A DNA stretch of 64,000 nt from Vitrella brassicaformis CCMP3155 (GCA_001179505.1 CDMY01000444.1:1-64000), one strand, 5' to 3'. Positions 12,485 to 26,447 are shown, counted from the stretch's first letter. Notes: a model not told the origin generated them from the letters alone. Numbers and translations are program-made.

Positions 12485-12750
12485 CGTGTCGTCAAGACGC
12501 ACATCTCCTCCCACTACTTGATGCCCAAGGTGAGTGAGTCAACCGACAACCAAACCTCCTCGCACACGCATGCATGGCTGCACGGCACACTTACGTACCG
12601 CTTCTCTGGTTCGCTCCTTGTGTGTGGTTGACCAGGTCGTGGCGCATCGCATATACCTACCCACTGGCCGCTGTAAGATGCACACACAGACAGACAGGTT
12701 GCCATTGATTCGTGTGTGTGTGCAGGGGCAGCGCCAAGCACGAAGGCCTG
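12485..12750 (+). repeat. Exon block B copy 1 (K.HI(T/S)SHYL.PK|(M/V)VA.RI)
   Basis: Paralogous exon-intron-exon blocks at 15636-15975 and 23053-23495. Confidence 0.75.
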
Positions 12751-13147
12751 CTGCAGATGATAGACTAGAGGGCATGTGGATGGACATCGTGTACGACATC
12801 GGCAGGAAAGAGATGGCACTCAAAAACGGTACAAAACAGAGAGAGACGAGGGGAGGTACAGTAGTCCACTTGCTCAAGGCTGACACCGACACGACACCCC
12901 TGCACATCCGTTTCTTGTGGCGTGCTGTGCATGCTTTACCACCCATGCAGTCAGGTTGCTCAAGGACCGACGGACGCGGAGCAGCCTCACCACCCACACA
13001 GGACTCCGAGTAGCCTCACCACACACACACACACGAGGTACGTGCATGTGGGAGGCAGAGAGGGAGAGAGGGAGGGAGGGAGGGGCTTCAGTGCGGGTCA
13101 GTCATATGTTCTTGCTGTCTGTGGTGTGGTGTGTTGGTCTTGTTCAG

Positions 13148-13560
13148 ATTGGTGCCATGTACGAGCGACACTTGAGCCTCGAGGGCACGTGTTGACGTCG
13201 GCCTCGCCGGCGGCCCACAGCCCATCGCCCGGCTGCTTCCTCGTCACCTCGGAGGCGGTCACCCTGGGCCACCCCGACAAACTCTGCGACGTGGTAGCGG
13301 ACGCCGTTGTGGACGAGTGCAAGGCTTTGGACGCCGAGGCCCTGGCGAACGTCAAGGGTCACCTGCCTCGGTAAGTGTCACTCACTCCCCGCACCTCACT
13401 GCACCAGCGGCACTGCACCAGCGGCATGTGCGTGTTTGTCGGCTGTCTTGCAGGAACGGTCATGGTGTGTGGCAAGCTGCGATGCAGAGAAGTCGTGGAG
13501 CTGGGCTTCGACGACGCGACAAAGGAACTCGACTACCGCACCATGAAGGTCTTCAACGCC
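13148..13560 (+). pseudogene. S-adenosylmethionine synthetase (MAT) N-terminal domain-derived exons, copy 1, frameshifted
   Basis: [28 protein letters not shown] then GTVMVCGK...ELGFDDATKELDYRTMKV. There is a -1 shift in the G-run at 13183-13185 relative to copy 3 and an apparent +1 at ~13357. Confidence 0.8.
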
Positions 13561-13744
13561 CCACAGATCTCCCGAACCCTTCGGCGACCTTCTTTGGAGC
13601 TCTTCTTTCGTCTGTTTTTCTTTCTTTTTGCGCTTGGTGGGCGCTTCAAGGCAGCCAAACGATCCCAACCGTCCTTCTTCCGTTCCCGACGTTCCCTTTC
13701 GCCTCCAACACCTCTCCGAAGGCATTCGACGCCGCCACACTCAC

Positions 13745-13990
13745 CATCAGGCAGGTGAGGAGCACCCCACACAGCACCAGTAGGCCAGAAGTGACGGGCC
13801 GCAGCCAGAAGGGCGCGCAACTCATAACACGGGGGCAGAGAGGCGAGTGTGTCGACTGAGGGTGAGAGAGGGCGTGGTGGTGGCGTGTGAAGTCTGGCGT
13901 GGAGGACGGAGAGCCAGGCTGACGTGCTGGGAGGGAGGGGAGGGAGGGAGGGATGCCAGTGGGTGCGGTGGGTGACCCTCCGTCCTGCCT
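13745..13990 (+). repeat. Block D copy 1
   Basis: caggtgaggagcaccccacacagcaccagtaggccagaagtgacgggccgcagcc is also at ~16140-16240 and ~25530-25720, the latter near-identical over ~200 bp. Confidence 0.9.
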
Positions 13991-14759
13991 CCAGCTGTGT
14001 GTGGTGTGGTGGGTGTGTGAACAGGTCTTTCGCGGCCCCTGTTGGTTGTGCGCGCACCCCTGTTTGCATCTCCTCCCGTCTCGAGTCCCCCCCACCGCAC
14101 CAACAGCCGCCGCACCACCCACCGCCGCAACCACCAGTACTCTCGCTGAGGCGGCACACCTCACACCTCCTCGACAACACTACCCTCCCGCAAGAACGGC
14201 AACCGACGGGACATCGACAGAGGCGAACATCGACAGAGGTGCAAGTGAGGAGAAAGAGGGAGAGAGGGGGGAAGCGACAGACAGACAGACAGACAGACAG
14301 AGAGGTGGCAGATCTGTGCTGTGTGTGGTGTGTGGTGCGTTGGCCTCGTGCAGGGAGATGGATACCTTGAGAGGACTCGACCTGTGTGGGCGTTCGGATC
14401 ATCTTTCCTCTCCATATCGCCACGCCACACCCGCAAGGCTCTCAGACCCACGAGGTACACACCACACCCAAGAGAGAGAGGGAGGGGTGGAGTCCTGCCT
14501 GATATCCTTCTCGCTGCCATTGTGTGTGTGGCATCTCTCTCTCTCTCTCTCTTGGCATCTCATCCACACGAAACATCCACATGTGTGTGTCTCGTGTCTG
14601 TTTCGTTCGCATGTGCAGCACCAGGCATCGTTCGACGGCAGTGGCGAGGCCAAGAAGGTCGCTGAGGGGACAGCAGAGGCCCGGCGCGTAAGCACACTCA
14701 CTCACAGAGACACTGGCGGTTCCTATGATCATGTTTTACATGTCTGTGTGTGTGGGTGG

Positions 14760-15059
14760 NNNNNNNNNNNNNNNNNNNNNNNNNNNNNNNNNNNNNNNNN
14801 NNNNNNNNNNNNNNNNNNNNNNNNNNNNNNNNNNNNNNNNNNNNNNNNNNNNNNNNNNNNNNNNNNNNNNNNNNNNNNNNNNNNNNNNNNNNNNNNNNNN
14901 NNNNNNNNNNNNNNNNNNNNNNNNNNNNNNNNNNNNNNNNNNNNNNNNNNNNNNNNNNNNNNNNNNNNNNNNNNNNNNNNNNNNNNNNNNNNNNNNNNNN
15001 NNNNNNNNNNNNNNNNNNNNNNNNNNNNNNNNNNNNNNNNNNNNNNNNNNNNNNNNNNN
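14760..15059. other. Assembly gap (300 N), probably spurious
   Basis: Both flanks share ttttacatgtctgtgtgtgtgggtgg, which suggests overlapping contig ends. Confidence 0.95.
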
Positions 15060-17273
15060 TTTTACATGTCTGTGTGTGTGGGTGGGTGGGTGGGTGAATG
15101 GGTGCCTTTCACATTGCAGTTCTCCGAGGCCACCACTCGCTATGACCCCCGGGTGTGTTAATTGGTCGATGAAAGACGAAAGCAAACCCACCAACTGGCC
15201 TCTCTCGCTCTCTCTTTTTGCTGGCTGCAGGGATCTGCGTTGTTTGGTCATGTTCAACGTTCATGAGCCAGGTGAGATGTGTCACCCACTGGCTGGAGGG
15301 CCGCAGAAGACATCCATGCATCCAACTGGCTGATGGTCCCTGTTTTGGCGCGCGCGCGTGCGTGTGTGTGTGTAGGGCTCGTTGCCGATGAAGACCGGCG
15401 TCGACGAGGCGGAGCACAAGGCACCGCATCCCATCTACTGCCAGGTACATGGGCGCGTACATGCGCACATCTGTGTCGTATGTCGGTTGTGTGTTCAGCA
15501 GGTGCCGTATGACTGGCGCTTCCCAGTCGTTAGCCAGGTAAGGGCATCATCAGTGCCCCCCCCCCCCACACACACACACACATGCACACACGTGTGCAGC
15601 ATAGCATGTGTGTGCTTCCTGCTGTGTGTTGTCAGCGTGTGAAGGCCGTCAAGCTGCTGCGGACTCGCATCACGTCACACTACCTGCCGCCGAAGGTGAG
15701 CACATAGGAGGCTGAAAGAAGGGGTGGTGGCACACTCACCTCATTCTGTGGTTCGTGCTTTGTGTGTCATCGGTCAGATGGTGGCGCGTCGGATCACCGC
15801 ACTCGCACCTGCCGGACCTCTCGGCGTGGGCCCTCGTAAGTGGCCCCTCGTAAGATGCATACACACACTCACACACCTGAGTGTGGGGAATATTTGTACT
15901 ACATATTGACCTCTGTTGGTTGTTATGTGTGCAGACCGTCGTCATGCAGTCGTCAAGTGCTGCGGCTAGATAGGAGTAGGAGGGAGGGAGAGGGAGGGAG
16001 AGGGAGTGGGATGCGTGGGCGTCCAGTTTGTTGAGGCTGCTTGGCTTGGCTGCTTGGTTCAACGAGCATACAATCCCGCCCGATTCCACCTCTTCTCCGT
16101 CGTGTGAAGGCCATGAAGTCACCTGGATCACCACACCGACCATCAGACAGGTGACGAGCACCCCACACAGCACCGGTAGGCCAGAAGTGACGGGCCGCAG
16201 CCAGGAGGGCTGGTAACTCATAGCACGGGGGCAGAGAGAGGCAAGAGGGACTTTCCAATTGAGATAGTTGTCCGTCTGTACTGACTCTGCAGGCAGTCGG
16301 GGCCACGAAATCGTTGTCTACATTTTATATTCGTCGGCATCTTCTTTCGACCCTCACGCACCGCCTGAACGAGCCGGCGTGCAATGGAGACGCCGGATGG
16401 AACAGGTACTCGCAGACGGTAGGTGTCGCTCGCAGACAGAGACACAGCAATTGCACATGCCGACGTGCTGTGCATCAAACATGTGTGCTGTGCTGCTCGT
16501 TGGTGTTGTGTTCCTCTGTACGCAGAGGTGCGCGAGAGACGTAGACGCCGGCTGCAGGAGGGTAAGTACCTACCCATCTACCTACCTACACAATAATGAA
16601 TAGATGACATGTGACTGATTGGATGGATGGATGGATGGCGCTTGTTTGTGCGTCTTGTCTTGTCTGTCTTGGTTTCAGAGGTCACGGCTGCCTCGCACAA
16701 GGAGCGGACGGCCAAGTTTGAGGCCGAGGCAGGTATGCATCCATCCACCAGCAGACTCGAGAGACACACTCATCCACGTCCGTCCTTCTGACGGTGTTCT
16801 GTGTGCGTTGCGCATCCCATCCATGTGTGTTCAGCGCTCACTGCCACGATTCGCAAGCAGCGGGCCAAACTCATCAAGGCCGGTATGTAACACATACATA
16901 CATACATACATACATACAATCCGCCGCCACACGCACAGAGAAATGATTATAAGATCATCAGATGGCCTCTCTCTGTTTGTCCTGCCTGCTTTCGATGCAT
17001 TGATGGATGCAGCCGAGAGGCGGGCGATCATGCTGCGCGACCTCAGTACGTCACGCCTAGCCTACACATCAACACAGACACACACACGAGTTTTGTGGGT
17101 GTGATTCATTCATTCATTCATGTGTGCAGAGCTGCTCAAGGTTAAAGTCCATCTACGCCGAGGCGGCCGCAAAGGCGGCGGCCGTGCGGGAGCCGGCAGA
17201 GGGTATGCACACACCCAACTCTCATCAATGTGATGCGGTATCTGTGATGTGTGATTGATGTCTTGCGCTGCAG

Positions 17274-17525
17274 GCACTATCATGGTGTTCGGCAAGAGCA
17301 AGTTCTTCGACAAGCCCATCGACTACGACAACGAGTCCAACGGTCTCGACTTCAGGACGGTGCGCGTGACGGCAGCGGTCAAGTACTGCGGGTACTACTA
17401 CAAGCTGAGGAACTGGGACGACACGCCCTTCGGTGGGTCCGTCTGTCTGACTGACTGATTGATTGACGACACACACAAAGCCAGACAGACAGCGGGGAGG
17501 GACTTCTGTGTACACTCTCTCTCCT

Positions 17526-17562
<37 letters not shown>

Positions 17563-17885
17563 CAGAGGGCATGGTTTGTGTGTCGGGCTACGCGAGTACC
17601 GAGTCGCCTGATCTGTTGCCTGTGGCCCAATCCCTGGCCGAGAGGTTCGCCCACCGCCTCACTGTCGTGCGCAAGGACGGTCAGTGCACACCACACCAAC
17701 ACGCACCGCCCGCCTCCCTCCCTCCCACATATGTGTACACGTGTGGCTGTGTCAGGCACGTTGGCTTACCTGCATCCGGAGGGCAAGGCCATGGTCACGG
17801 TCGAGTGCGAGAAGGTCGGCCACGCGGCACGCCCCCGAGGTCAGCCCCGAGACGCTGCGCAAGAGGAGCAGGAGGGAGGGGGCAG
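17274..17885 (+). CDS. MAT-derived exons, copy 2 (partial N-domain plus central domain) within a chimeric gene or pseudogene
   Basis: Three spliced exons: GTIMVFGK...SNGLDFRTVRV, EGMVCVSGYASTESPDLLPVAQSLAERFAHRLTVVRKD, and GTLAYLHPEGKAMVTVECE. These match MAT MFGYATDETPELMPL...RLT.VRKNG.LPWLRPDGKTQVTVEY. Confidence 0.75.
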
Positions 17886-18444
17886 GTATGAGGATGTAGG
17901 AAATTGAGAGCTGGGAATCGGCGAGATTCTCCGTGTCTCAGATATCGCTTCCTACATTTTATATCCCGAGGCGTCTTATATCTCCCTGGTCTTGCGTCTT
18001 ATACATTATCTCCGAGGTGATGTCAAAGTCAGAATCTTCGCCGCCCGCGCTGCAGAAATGTACCCACACGCCTGAGGATCAGCAATCGATACTCTCATTT
18101 GTCTGGCTTTTCTTCAGGGTTGTAGAAGAACAAGAAGCAGCAGCAGAAGCAGCGGCCAAGTACAAGTCCAAGTCGAAGGCGGTGCACAACGCCATAGACA
18201 AAGTGGCTGGAGTGGCCTGTAAGACGAGACACCAAAAGGTTCATCGTCACTTTCCACAAGGATGCTCTCATTTCTGTGCAGTGTCGGGTTTCTGGAGGCC
18301 GCCAGCAGCAGCACACCCCACGGAGTGAGAAACGTGAAGTTTCCTTGTGTTCGCTTCCTCATTCAGTCACTTCCCCTGCCTGTCTGTCTGTGTCGGCCAG
18401 CGAGCAAGAGGGTGCTCTTCCTCCTCCAGCGCATGATGAACCTC

Positions 18445-19700
18445 TGGATTATGTCGAGAAACCCGGGCACCACCATGTTGGACCACGTGGCTGGGGGGAG
18501 GCTGAAGGTCGGCCGAGGTGAGCTGAGCACGAGAACATGTGTTCATCTATGGGGGAGAAAAGGATGCATCCATGCATTTCTGTCATGCAGGCCGCAACAG
18601 GGACACGGCGGCTCAAGGGCCCGGTAGGACGGACGATTAAGGGGTACGTATACGGTTGTGTATCGGCGCTTCATGCTGCCTTTTGTGTGTGCCCTTCTGC
18701 AGGAGAGGGTGGTCAAGTCGAGGAGCAGGAGCAACAGGACGACGAGCAACAAGGACAGGAGCAACAGCAACCAGCCATCACGCAGGTATCTGTGAGTGTG
18801 TGGTATCTCCCTCCTTTCTATATTACATTCGGTGCTTCTTGTCTGTCTGTGTCCTGTAGGGGGTACAGCAAGAGGCCGAGGACCAACAGGAGGCGACTGT
18901 GGAGCAGCAGGACGAGGATGGCCAGGACGCCGTCGAGGAGCAAGGCGCCGATCAGCAACAGGAGCAGACGAAGACCCAGGTAGCCACGAATGCCCATGAT
19001 GAATACCTCGTGTGTACACATGCTCCTGTGTGTCTTGTGCTCTGTTGGTTTGTGTGCATAACCAGAACCAGGAGCAAGAGCAGCGGCTATGAATCTGTGG
19101 GTCATGTCGAGAGACCCAGGAACGACGATCCTCGACAATGTTGCGGGGGGGAGGTTCAAGGTCGGAGGACGTAAGTTGAGCAAGAGAATATGTGTTCATC
19201 TGTGGGGGAGGGAGGGATGCATCCATGCGTCTCTGTCATGCAGGCCGCAATAGAGGCGCGACGGGGGAAGGGCCCGGTAGGACGGACGATTAAGGGGCAC
19301 GTGTACGGTTGTGTATCGGCGCTTCGCATGCTGCCTTTTGTGTGTGCCCTTCTGCAGGAGCGGGGCAAGTCGATGGGCAGGAGGAGGACGGGCAAGAAGG
19401 ACAGGAACAACAGCAACCAGCCACCACACAGGTATCTGTGAGTGTGTGGTATCTCCCTCCTTTTTATATCGCACTGGGTGCTTCTTGTCTGTCTGTGTCC
19501 TGTAGGGGGTGCAGCACGCGGGGGAGGCCGAGGACCGACAGCAAGCGACTGGGGAGCAGCAGGGCGAGGAACATGCCGATCAGCAGCAGGAGGGGGGCGA
19601 GGAGGACCAGCAACAGGAGCAAACCAACACCCATGTAGCCACGATGCCCATGATGAATACCTCATGTGTACACATGCTGCTGTGTGTCTTGTGCTCTGTT
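18445..19700 (+). repeat. Tandem ~650-bp duplication of Gln/Glu-rich coding exons, with a partial third copy to ~19830
   Basis: 18445-19090 vs 19098-19700 share exon-intron structure, the peptide W(I/V)MSR(N/D)PGTT(M/I)LD(H/N)VAGGR(L/F)KVG and QEQQQPA.TQ tracts. Confidence 0.85.
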
Positions 19701-20949
19701 GATTTGTGCGCAGGACCAGAACCCGAGGAGCAGCAGGTGCAGCACGCGGGAGGAGCAGGAGGCGATCAGCAACAGGAGCAGAACGACACCCAGGTAGCCA
19801 CGAGTGCCCATGATGAAAAGACCCAAGTACACACGCTGCTGTGTGTCTGTGCTCTGTTGGTTGTGTGCAAAAGCAGGGACAGGAGCAGGAGCAGCAGCAG
19901 GGGAACGAGACCGGTAGGCATCGGGCCGAAGTGCACAAGATGCACAGTATGAGACGTATGTATCCTTTCTGTGTGCAGAGGCCAAGGCGGCCAACGACAC
20001 CCAGGACAACATCGAGGAGGGCGAGAAGCAGACACCCGCCCGCCCCCAACGTGTAAGCCCCCAGAGAATAGTGGCAATCAAGGACCATTCGAGTGTTTGT
20101 GTAGGAGGAGATGTCGATTTCCATCCGATTCGAGACATAGACATCACACCAAAGGAGAACCTGGTATACACGCTTGCACAGATCGACATAGCACAACCAA
20201 AACACAATTCATTCGCTCGTTCGATGGCAACCTGCAACCATTCATTCCAACATGCAGGCTGCAGTTGTAGGGACGGTGGCCGACCGAGTCGGCATTGACA
20301 ATATCATAACCGCTCTGGCGACCAAGAACACTGCCAAAGTACGGGAGCGAGCAGACAAACAGACACAGACACAGACATATAGACATTTATACATATGTCT
20401 CTCCCACGTGTTTGTGTAGGGGGAGATGTCGATTTCCATCACGATTCGAGACGACAACAAACAGTCGACGCCGGTAGGTGGCTATGCAAATGCATTCACA
20501 TACATGGACAAATGTGTGTGGTGATGTGTGTGTGAATGAATGAATGTGGCAGCTTGAGCAGCTTGAGCTGTCAATGTGGTCGATCGTTGTCTACATTTTA
20601 TATCCTGCGGTCTCTTCTTCCGATTCTCGCGCACGGAGGCGCTGACAGGTAGGCATTGAGCTCAATTCATTATTGTCAAATTGTAGACAGGTGGAGGAGG
20701 CTGAAACCTTGTCAACGCCTGATGCTCAACGCTCCGGCCAAAGGCCCCGCGAGTCAGTAAGGGCTGTCAACCTTTTGACATGCATCATCCACACGGCATT
20801 GTCTGTCATGGCGTCTTGGATGTGCAAACCAACAGTTGCACATGCAGCTGCGCCCTTTGATTGCAGCGTGCACATCCAGGACGCCATAAAGGAGCAAAGG
20901 ACGGCAGGGCCATGAGAAAGAGACTTGTGTGGTCCTTGTGTGTATGCAG

Positions 20950-22823
20950 GACGCGTTGGCGTCGTCGCCCAGCAAGCGCCGGACCGAGGTACGTATTGCA
21001 GCATGTCGTGTCACACAGACGCATCGCTCCTTGCTGATGTTCAGAGACAGTGGCGGCCGGCCGTGCCAACCATCGACGAGGACAAGGACTCAACGGAGAG
21101 GAAGACGAAGAGGTATCCACCGAACAACCACGTGAATTGACTACACGGATCTTTTCATTTGCTCTGGTTGTATGCAGCCCGACGCGACTGGCGAAGACCT
21201 GGAGCGGCTATCCAATGCATCTGTCGACGAAGAGGAGGAAGACCGAGAGCTGCCGGAGGGGCCACAAGACCATCAGGACCAGGATCACCCGGAGGACAGC
21301 ACCATCAAGGGCACCAAGGTATCCACTAATGCATGTGCTGTCTCTTTCGTGTCACTCTGATGACCACGGTGGTGTGTGATGTGTCTGTGCGGTCCCTGCA
21401 GAAGTGCGAGACGTGTGGCCAGTTTCTGTAAGTGCACCCATCGTTCATTCCTCATCATGACTGTGTGCCGTCCTTCTTTTCGCTCAGCGATGCCACGGAC
21501 GATCTCGTTGCCCTGGAGGTCGAGCAAGAGTGAGGCGACAAGAAGGCCATCACCTTGCCAGTCAGAATGTCTGCATCTGGAACTACTGCCTTTCAGTTAC
21601 GTCAAGAAGCAGAAACAAGACCTCGACACTGGCAACGAGCGGCTCGTTGACCAGCTGTATAAGGCCGAGACCGACCTCGAGTAAGGCATCCACGCACCAA
21701 CAACAATCTGCTTTTCTCATCGTGCTCTCTTTGATACAGGAGGGAGAGAAAGGGAAGCGCCAAGCTTCAGTCTGAGGCCGAGGAGGCTTGCGAGCGAATC
21801 GCCCTGTAAGAGACCAAGGCGCACACACCACTGCCATGCCTCAAACGTTGTGTGTCGTCGTGCGCTGTGGTTTCGCCCAGGCTGGAGCAGCAGCTGGAGA
21901 AGGAGAGGGCCGTTCACAGGGTCAAGCAGGCCATCACACACGAGGTCATCGGCGACCTGACGGACCGTGTCCTGCGGTGCGTCTACGAGGCAGAGCGAGA
22001 CGTCGGCTAGCTGAGACAGCAGATTGACGAGCAAGATGTAAGCTGACGACATACAGAAGCACACGGCTGAGGGAATGGTGTGTGGGGGCATGTGTATTGT
22101 GTACTCACTCAGGGATGCGTGACGCAGCAGGTCGACTTGCAGGCCAGGCTGGAGAGGAGCGAGTGGCAGAACGGCGTGCTCATGTACGGAGGGGGGCACT
22201 TTGATGGGCACAAATGCGTTCGTTCGCTTGTCCATCCGTGTGTGTGTGTCTCTGTGCAGGATGGAGTTGAATGTCTATCGCGAAGAGCTGCTGACACTCA
22301 AGGCAAACACAGATACACCCCCTACTGCTGGTGGCAATGGCAATAACATACACCTGTTGTGTGTGTGTGTGTGTGTGTTGTCATCAGGACGTGCATCCGC
22401 CGCTCACCAGGTTGGCCCCACCAGAAGAGGCCGGCCAATGGGACCCGCCTTCGCCTTCTCCCTGGCCGCACCCGGCGCAGGTACAAGAGGACCATGACCT
22501 GCTCGTGCTTGCGTGTTGCGTTCACTTCTCTCCGTTCCTTTCCAGCACGATGATGACGACGATCGCGAGATGGTCATCCCCAACGAGACATGGGAGCCGA
22601 TCACCCCTCCCCCAATCAGCACACCACCACGGTTCCGGCCGCTGTCTCCGTCCCCCGCCCCCGCCACTATCAACACGCCCACCGCCCTCTCACACCCGCC
22701 AAATCCTCCACCACCACAACAGCCACACATGTCAGCCAATGTTGTGATCGCCGCGCCACTGCGCCCCTCGCCCGACACGCCAGGCACCACCACAATACGC
22801 GGCCCTCCCGCCGCACATGGAGG
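20950..22823 (+). pseudogene. Multi-exon acidic / coiled-coil / Pro-rich gene with an in-frame TAG
   Basis: Exons VKKQKQDLDTGNERLVDQLYKAETDLE and RLEQQLEKERAVHRVKQ...DVG*LRQQIDEQD (TAG at 22008-22010), plus a Pro-rich exon at 22546-22823. Confidence 0.4.
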
Positions 22824-23714
22824 TATGCAGGCGCTCAAAGAGGCAGGCAGAGGAGCAGAGGAAGAGCACTCCACTCCTGTGTTCGTGCAGTTCCGTCGGT
22901 TCTTGCTCTCGTTGCGGCGCCCATGGACGACGGGAGGTCAGTGAGCGAGCCCCTAACACCTGTCAATCAACACACACATGTGTCCTTTCTTGCGTGCACT
23001 GACTCCATGTGTGCAGACCCAGCATTACACCTTCGCTTGCTGTGTCTGTCAGCGTGTGAGGGCCGTCAAAGTGCTGCAGACTCGCATCACGTCACACTAT
23101 TTGCTGCCCAAGGTACGGCCAAACGGGCGATGGGACACTCCCTTCTGTCGTTTGTGCTTTGTGTGTCATCGGTCAGATGGTGGCACGACGCATCACCACA
23201 CTGACGCGTGTTGATCCCGTGGGAAGACGCGACAGCCGTCACAAATGAGGAGGGACAAGCGGACCAGCAGCCCAACAACAAGACACAGCACAGCGACAGC
23301 GCCAACGACGCCACGTCCCTGCCCTCGCCCTTGCCGCCACCTGCACCGGCTCTTGCTTGCTCCACGTAAGATGCATTCACTCACGGAAAAATACACAGAC
23401 ACAAGCGTAGAGCATTGTTGTCCTATTGACCTCTGTCGCTGTCTGTGCATGTGTGCAGGCCACCCGGCAGCCAAGTGCTGCGGCTAGACGCAGAGGAGGG
23501 AGGGGGCAGGTATGATGATGTGGGAATTTGGGAGCTGGGAAGCGGTAAAAGAGATGTTCGGTGTCTCAGATATCGCTTCCTACATTTTATATCCCGAGGC
23601 GTCTTATATCTCCCTGGTCTTGCGCCTTATATTATATCTCCGAGGTGATTTCAGTCCTGGTATGCACGACGATGGAGCAGATATGAATATGGTGAGACAC
23701 TGTTTTGTATGCAG

Positions 23715-25207
23715 GCAGCCGGAGACCCTGATCCAAGGTGAAAGCGAGCAGAGTCTTAAACACAAACAGGTATCAACCGTACACACCGACCCATCCCGTG
23801 TCTGCACTGACTGTGTGTGCTGCTTGTGCAGCGTTCCAGGTCTTTGAACGTAGGCAACCAGCGGTCAGAACCGTCCTTGTTCATCAGCCAAGTGGGATAG
23901 ATATGCCTCTCTCCTCACGAATCAGGTGCGTCACCCACTGAAGACCCGCACACCCACTGAAGCTCTCTCGTGATCGTCCTTCATGTGTGTGTCTGCGTGT
24001 CTGCGTGTGTGCGTGCAGGGATTGCTACCAGTCGACGCCAAGCAGCACAAGCTGAGGGACGAGTGCCTCAAGGCTGCGAGTGAGGCGATGGGGAGGGACG
24101 AGGGCATGGGCAAGGGTCACGCCTCGACCCAAACGAATGTCGTCGCTGTTGAGGTGAGCAGGAAGGGAAGGCAGGCCACGGGAGAACCTCTGTGTCTGTC
24201 ACCTTCATCGGTTTCTGTGTTTCTGTATTCCTTTCTGTGTGTCTGCAGAGTAGTGAGGCGCAAACAGAGGAGACGCCATCGCCTCCTGATGCCGTTGACG
24301 AGTCGCCTGCTGAGGACGTTGCTGAGGAGCAGCAGACCAAGATCACCACACCCACCAACAAGGTACGCACGAGTGCGTGCGGTGTCCCTGTGTTGTCTTG
24401 CGCAAACCTCCCTCCTTCCCTGTGCGTGTGATGTTCGGTAGATTGCGCCCGTGCCGGTGTTGAGTGCGTGGCCGGCACCCACGCCACTCGCCCCGCCATT
24501 TGCGCAGATGCTGGCGGTAAGATGCGTGAATGCGCGCAAATTGATGGTGCATGAGTACACGCTGAAGCTGTCTGCGTCACCTCTTCTCTGTCGTCAGATC
24601 AAGCAGTCAATGATAGCGCTCAACATGGCGCAGACTCAGGCCAACTACAACAAGAAGATGCACCAGATTCACATGACGTATCTCGCCAAGGTACGCGGAC
24701 TCGTCCAGAGGGATTAGGCAACAAATCCACCACCAACCACACAGCAGAGAGTGTGTGTGCTGTCCATTCGTTCCATCAGGTCCGCGCGCTGGGACCGCCC
24801 CCCATCACCACCCCACACACACTGCCACACGGTAAGAAGCTGCATTGTAGATGGATGGACGCGTTTGCGTGGACGTGCGGTTGTTGTCGCTGCATGCAGC
24901 TGGCATGGTCCCGAAGAAGGTGTGCTGCCGATAGCCTAGCGGGATGGATGCGTACGTACGACGTGAAGAGGGTACCCACGAGTCGAGTGTGTGTGGCATG
25001 GTATGCACAAATTGGGTGAGTGGGGAGGGCGGCCTCCCTCTAATCTCATCCACACGCGTGAAGCCCTCCCATGTGTGTCGTGGTGTGTGTTCATGCAGCG
25101 GCAGGCATCGTTCGAGGATGACGGTGGCGAGGACAAGAAGGTGGCCTCCGGCACGGCGGAGGCGCGCCTGCAGGCTGCAAACCTTTATGCGAGGGAGGGA
25201 GAAACGG
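23715..25207 (+). CDS. Hypothetical low-complexity exons of the mosaic family
   Basis: AG/GT-bounded open exons such as GLLPVDAKQHKLRDECLKAASEA, IKQSMIALNMAQTQANYNKKMHQIHMTYLAK and RQASFEDDGGEDKKVASGTAEAR. No recognised domain. Confidence 0.35.
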
Positions 25208-26447
25208 TAGGAGCAAGCCCGTGACGAAGCTCAAAGCTTACAAACTCGTGTCTCCTCAGACATCGCTGGCTACATTTTATATCCTGAGACGAATTTACTG
25301 TTGATGCTGACGCTTCACCGCCTGGGCGGTGGCCGAGGACCATCCAGGTCGACCGCAGGGTTATACAAGCTCATTTGGTGTTGTTTTTCTCCCGGTTTCT
25401 TTCTTTTCTTTTGCACCACCTGGTGGTGCATCAACGATCCTCAACTGCCTTGTTAGCCTCCCTCCCCGATTCCATCGTTTCTGGGTCGTGTGAAGGCCAT
25501 TGAAGTCACCTGGATCACCACACTGACTACCAGACAGGTGAGGAGCACCCCACACAGCACCAGTAGGCCAGAAGTGACGGGCCGCAGCCAGGAGGGCGCG
25601 CAACTCATAACACGGGGGCAGAGAGGCCGGTGTGTCGACTGAGGGTGAGAGAGGGCGTGGTGGTGGCGTGTGAAGTCTGGCGTGGAGGACGGAGAGCCAG
25701 GCTGACGTGCTGGGAGGGAGGGGAGGGACCTCAGGCGGTAGATCAGCCAGACGACGCACGGGCCATGTCTCAACAGGTTCTGCTCCTCTGTGGTGTCCTG
25801 GTGTCATGCAGGAGTCTGGTGCGTGTGCTCGGGAGTTCCGACTCACCACACACGTGACGTGGGAGAAGAGGTACGTGCAGACGAGCGTGGGGTGTGGCGA
25901 GAGGGGTGGTGGTTGGACCAGTGTGTGGTATGTGGTGTGTGTGGTGTGCAGGTCTGTGGTCTCGTGCGCGCGTCGTCTCAACAACACCGGACGGACAGCC
26001 TCACACACACACACAGTACGTCCACTTGCTCAAGGCTGACACTGACACGACACATCTGCACATCCGCTTCTTGTGGCGTGCTGTGCATGCCTTACCACCC
26101 ATGCAGTCAGGTTGCTGTGCCACTGTGTGTGTCCGGGCGATCGCGGGAGCATGGTCGCTGTCGGAGTGCGCCAAGGAGTGCAAGGAGGTACTCAAGTTCG
26201 TGTCGGACGCGCTCGAGGCGGCTCGGGAGGCAGTGAAGAACACCCGTGCTGCAATCAATGGTGAGGGGCTGGAGGGATCGGACGATGGCCACCCACACAG
26301 GACTCCGGGTAGCTTCACCACACACACACACACGAGGTACGTGCATGTGGGAGGCAGAGAGGGAGAGAGGGAGGGAGGGGCTTCAGTGCGGGTCAGTCAT
26401 ATGTTCTTGCTGTCTGTGGTGTGGTGCGGTGTGTTGGTCTTGTTCAG

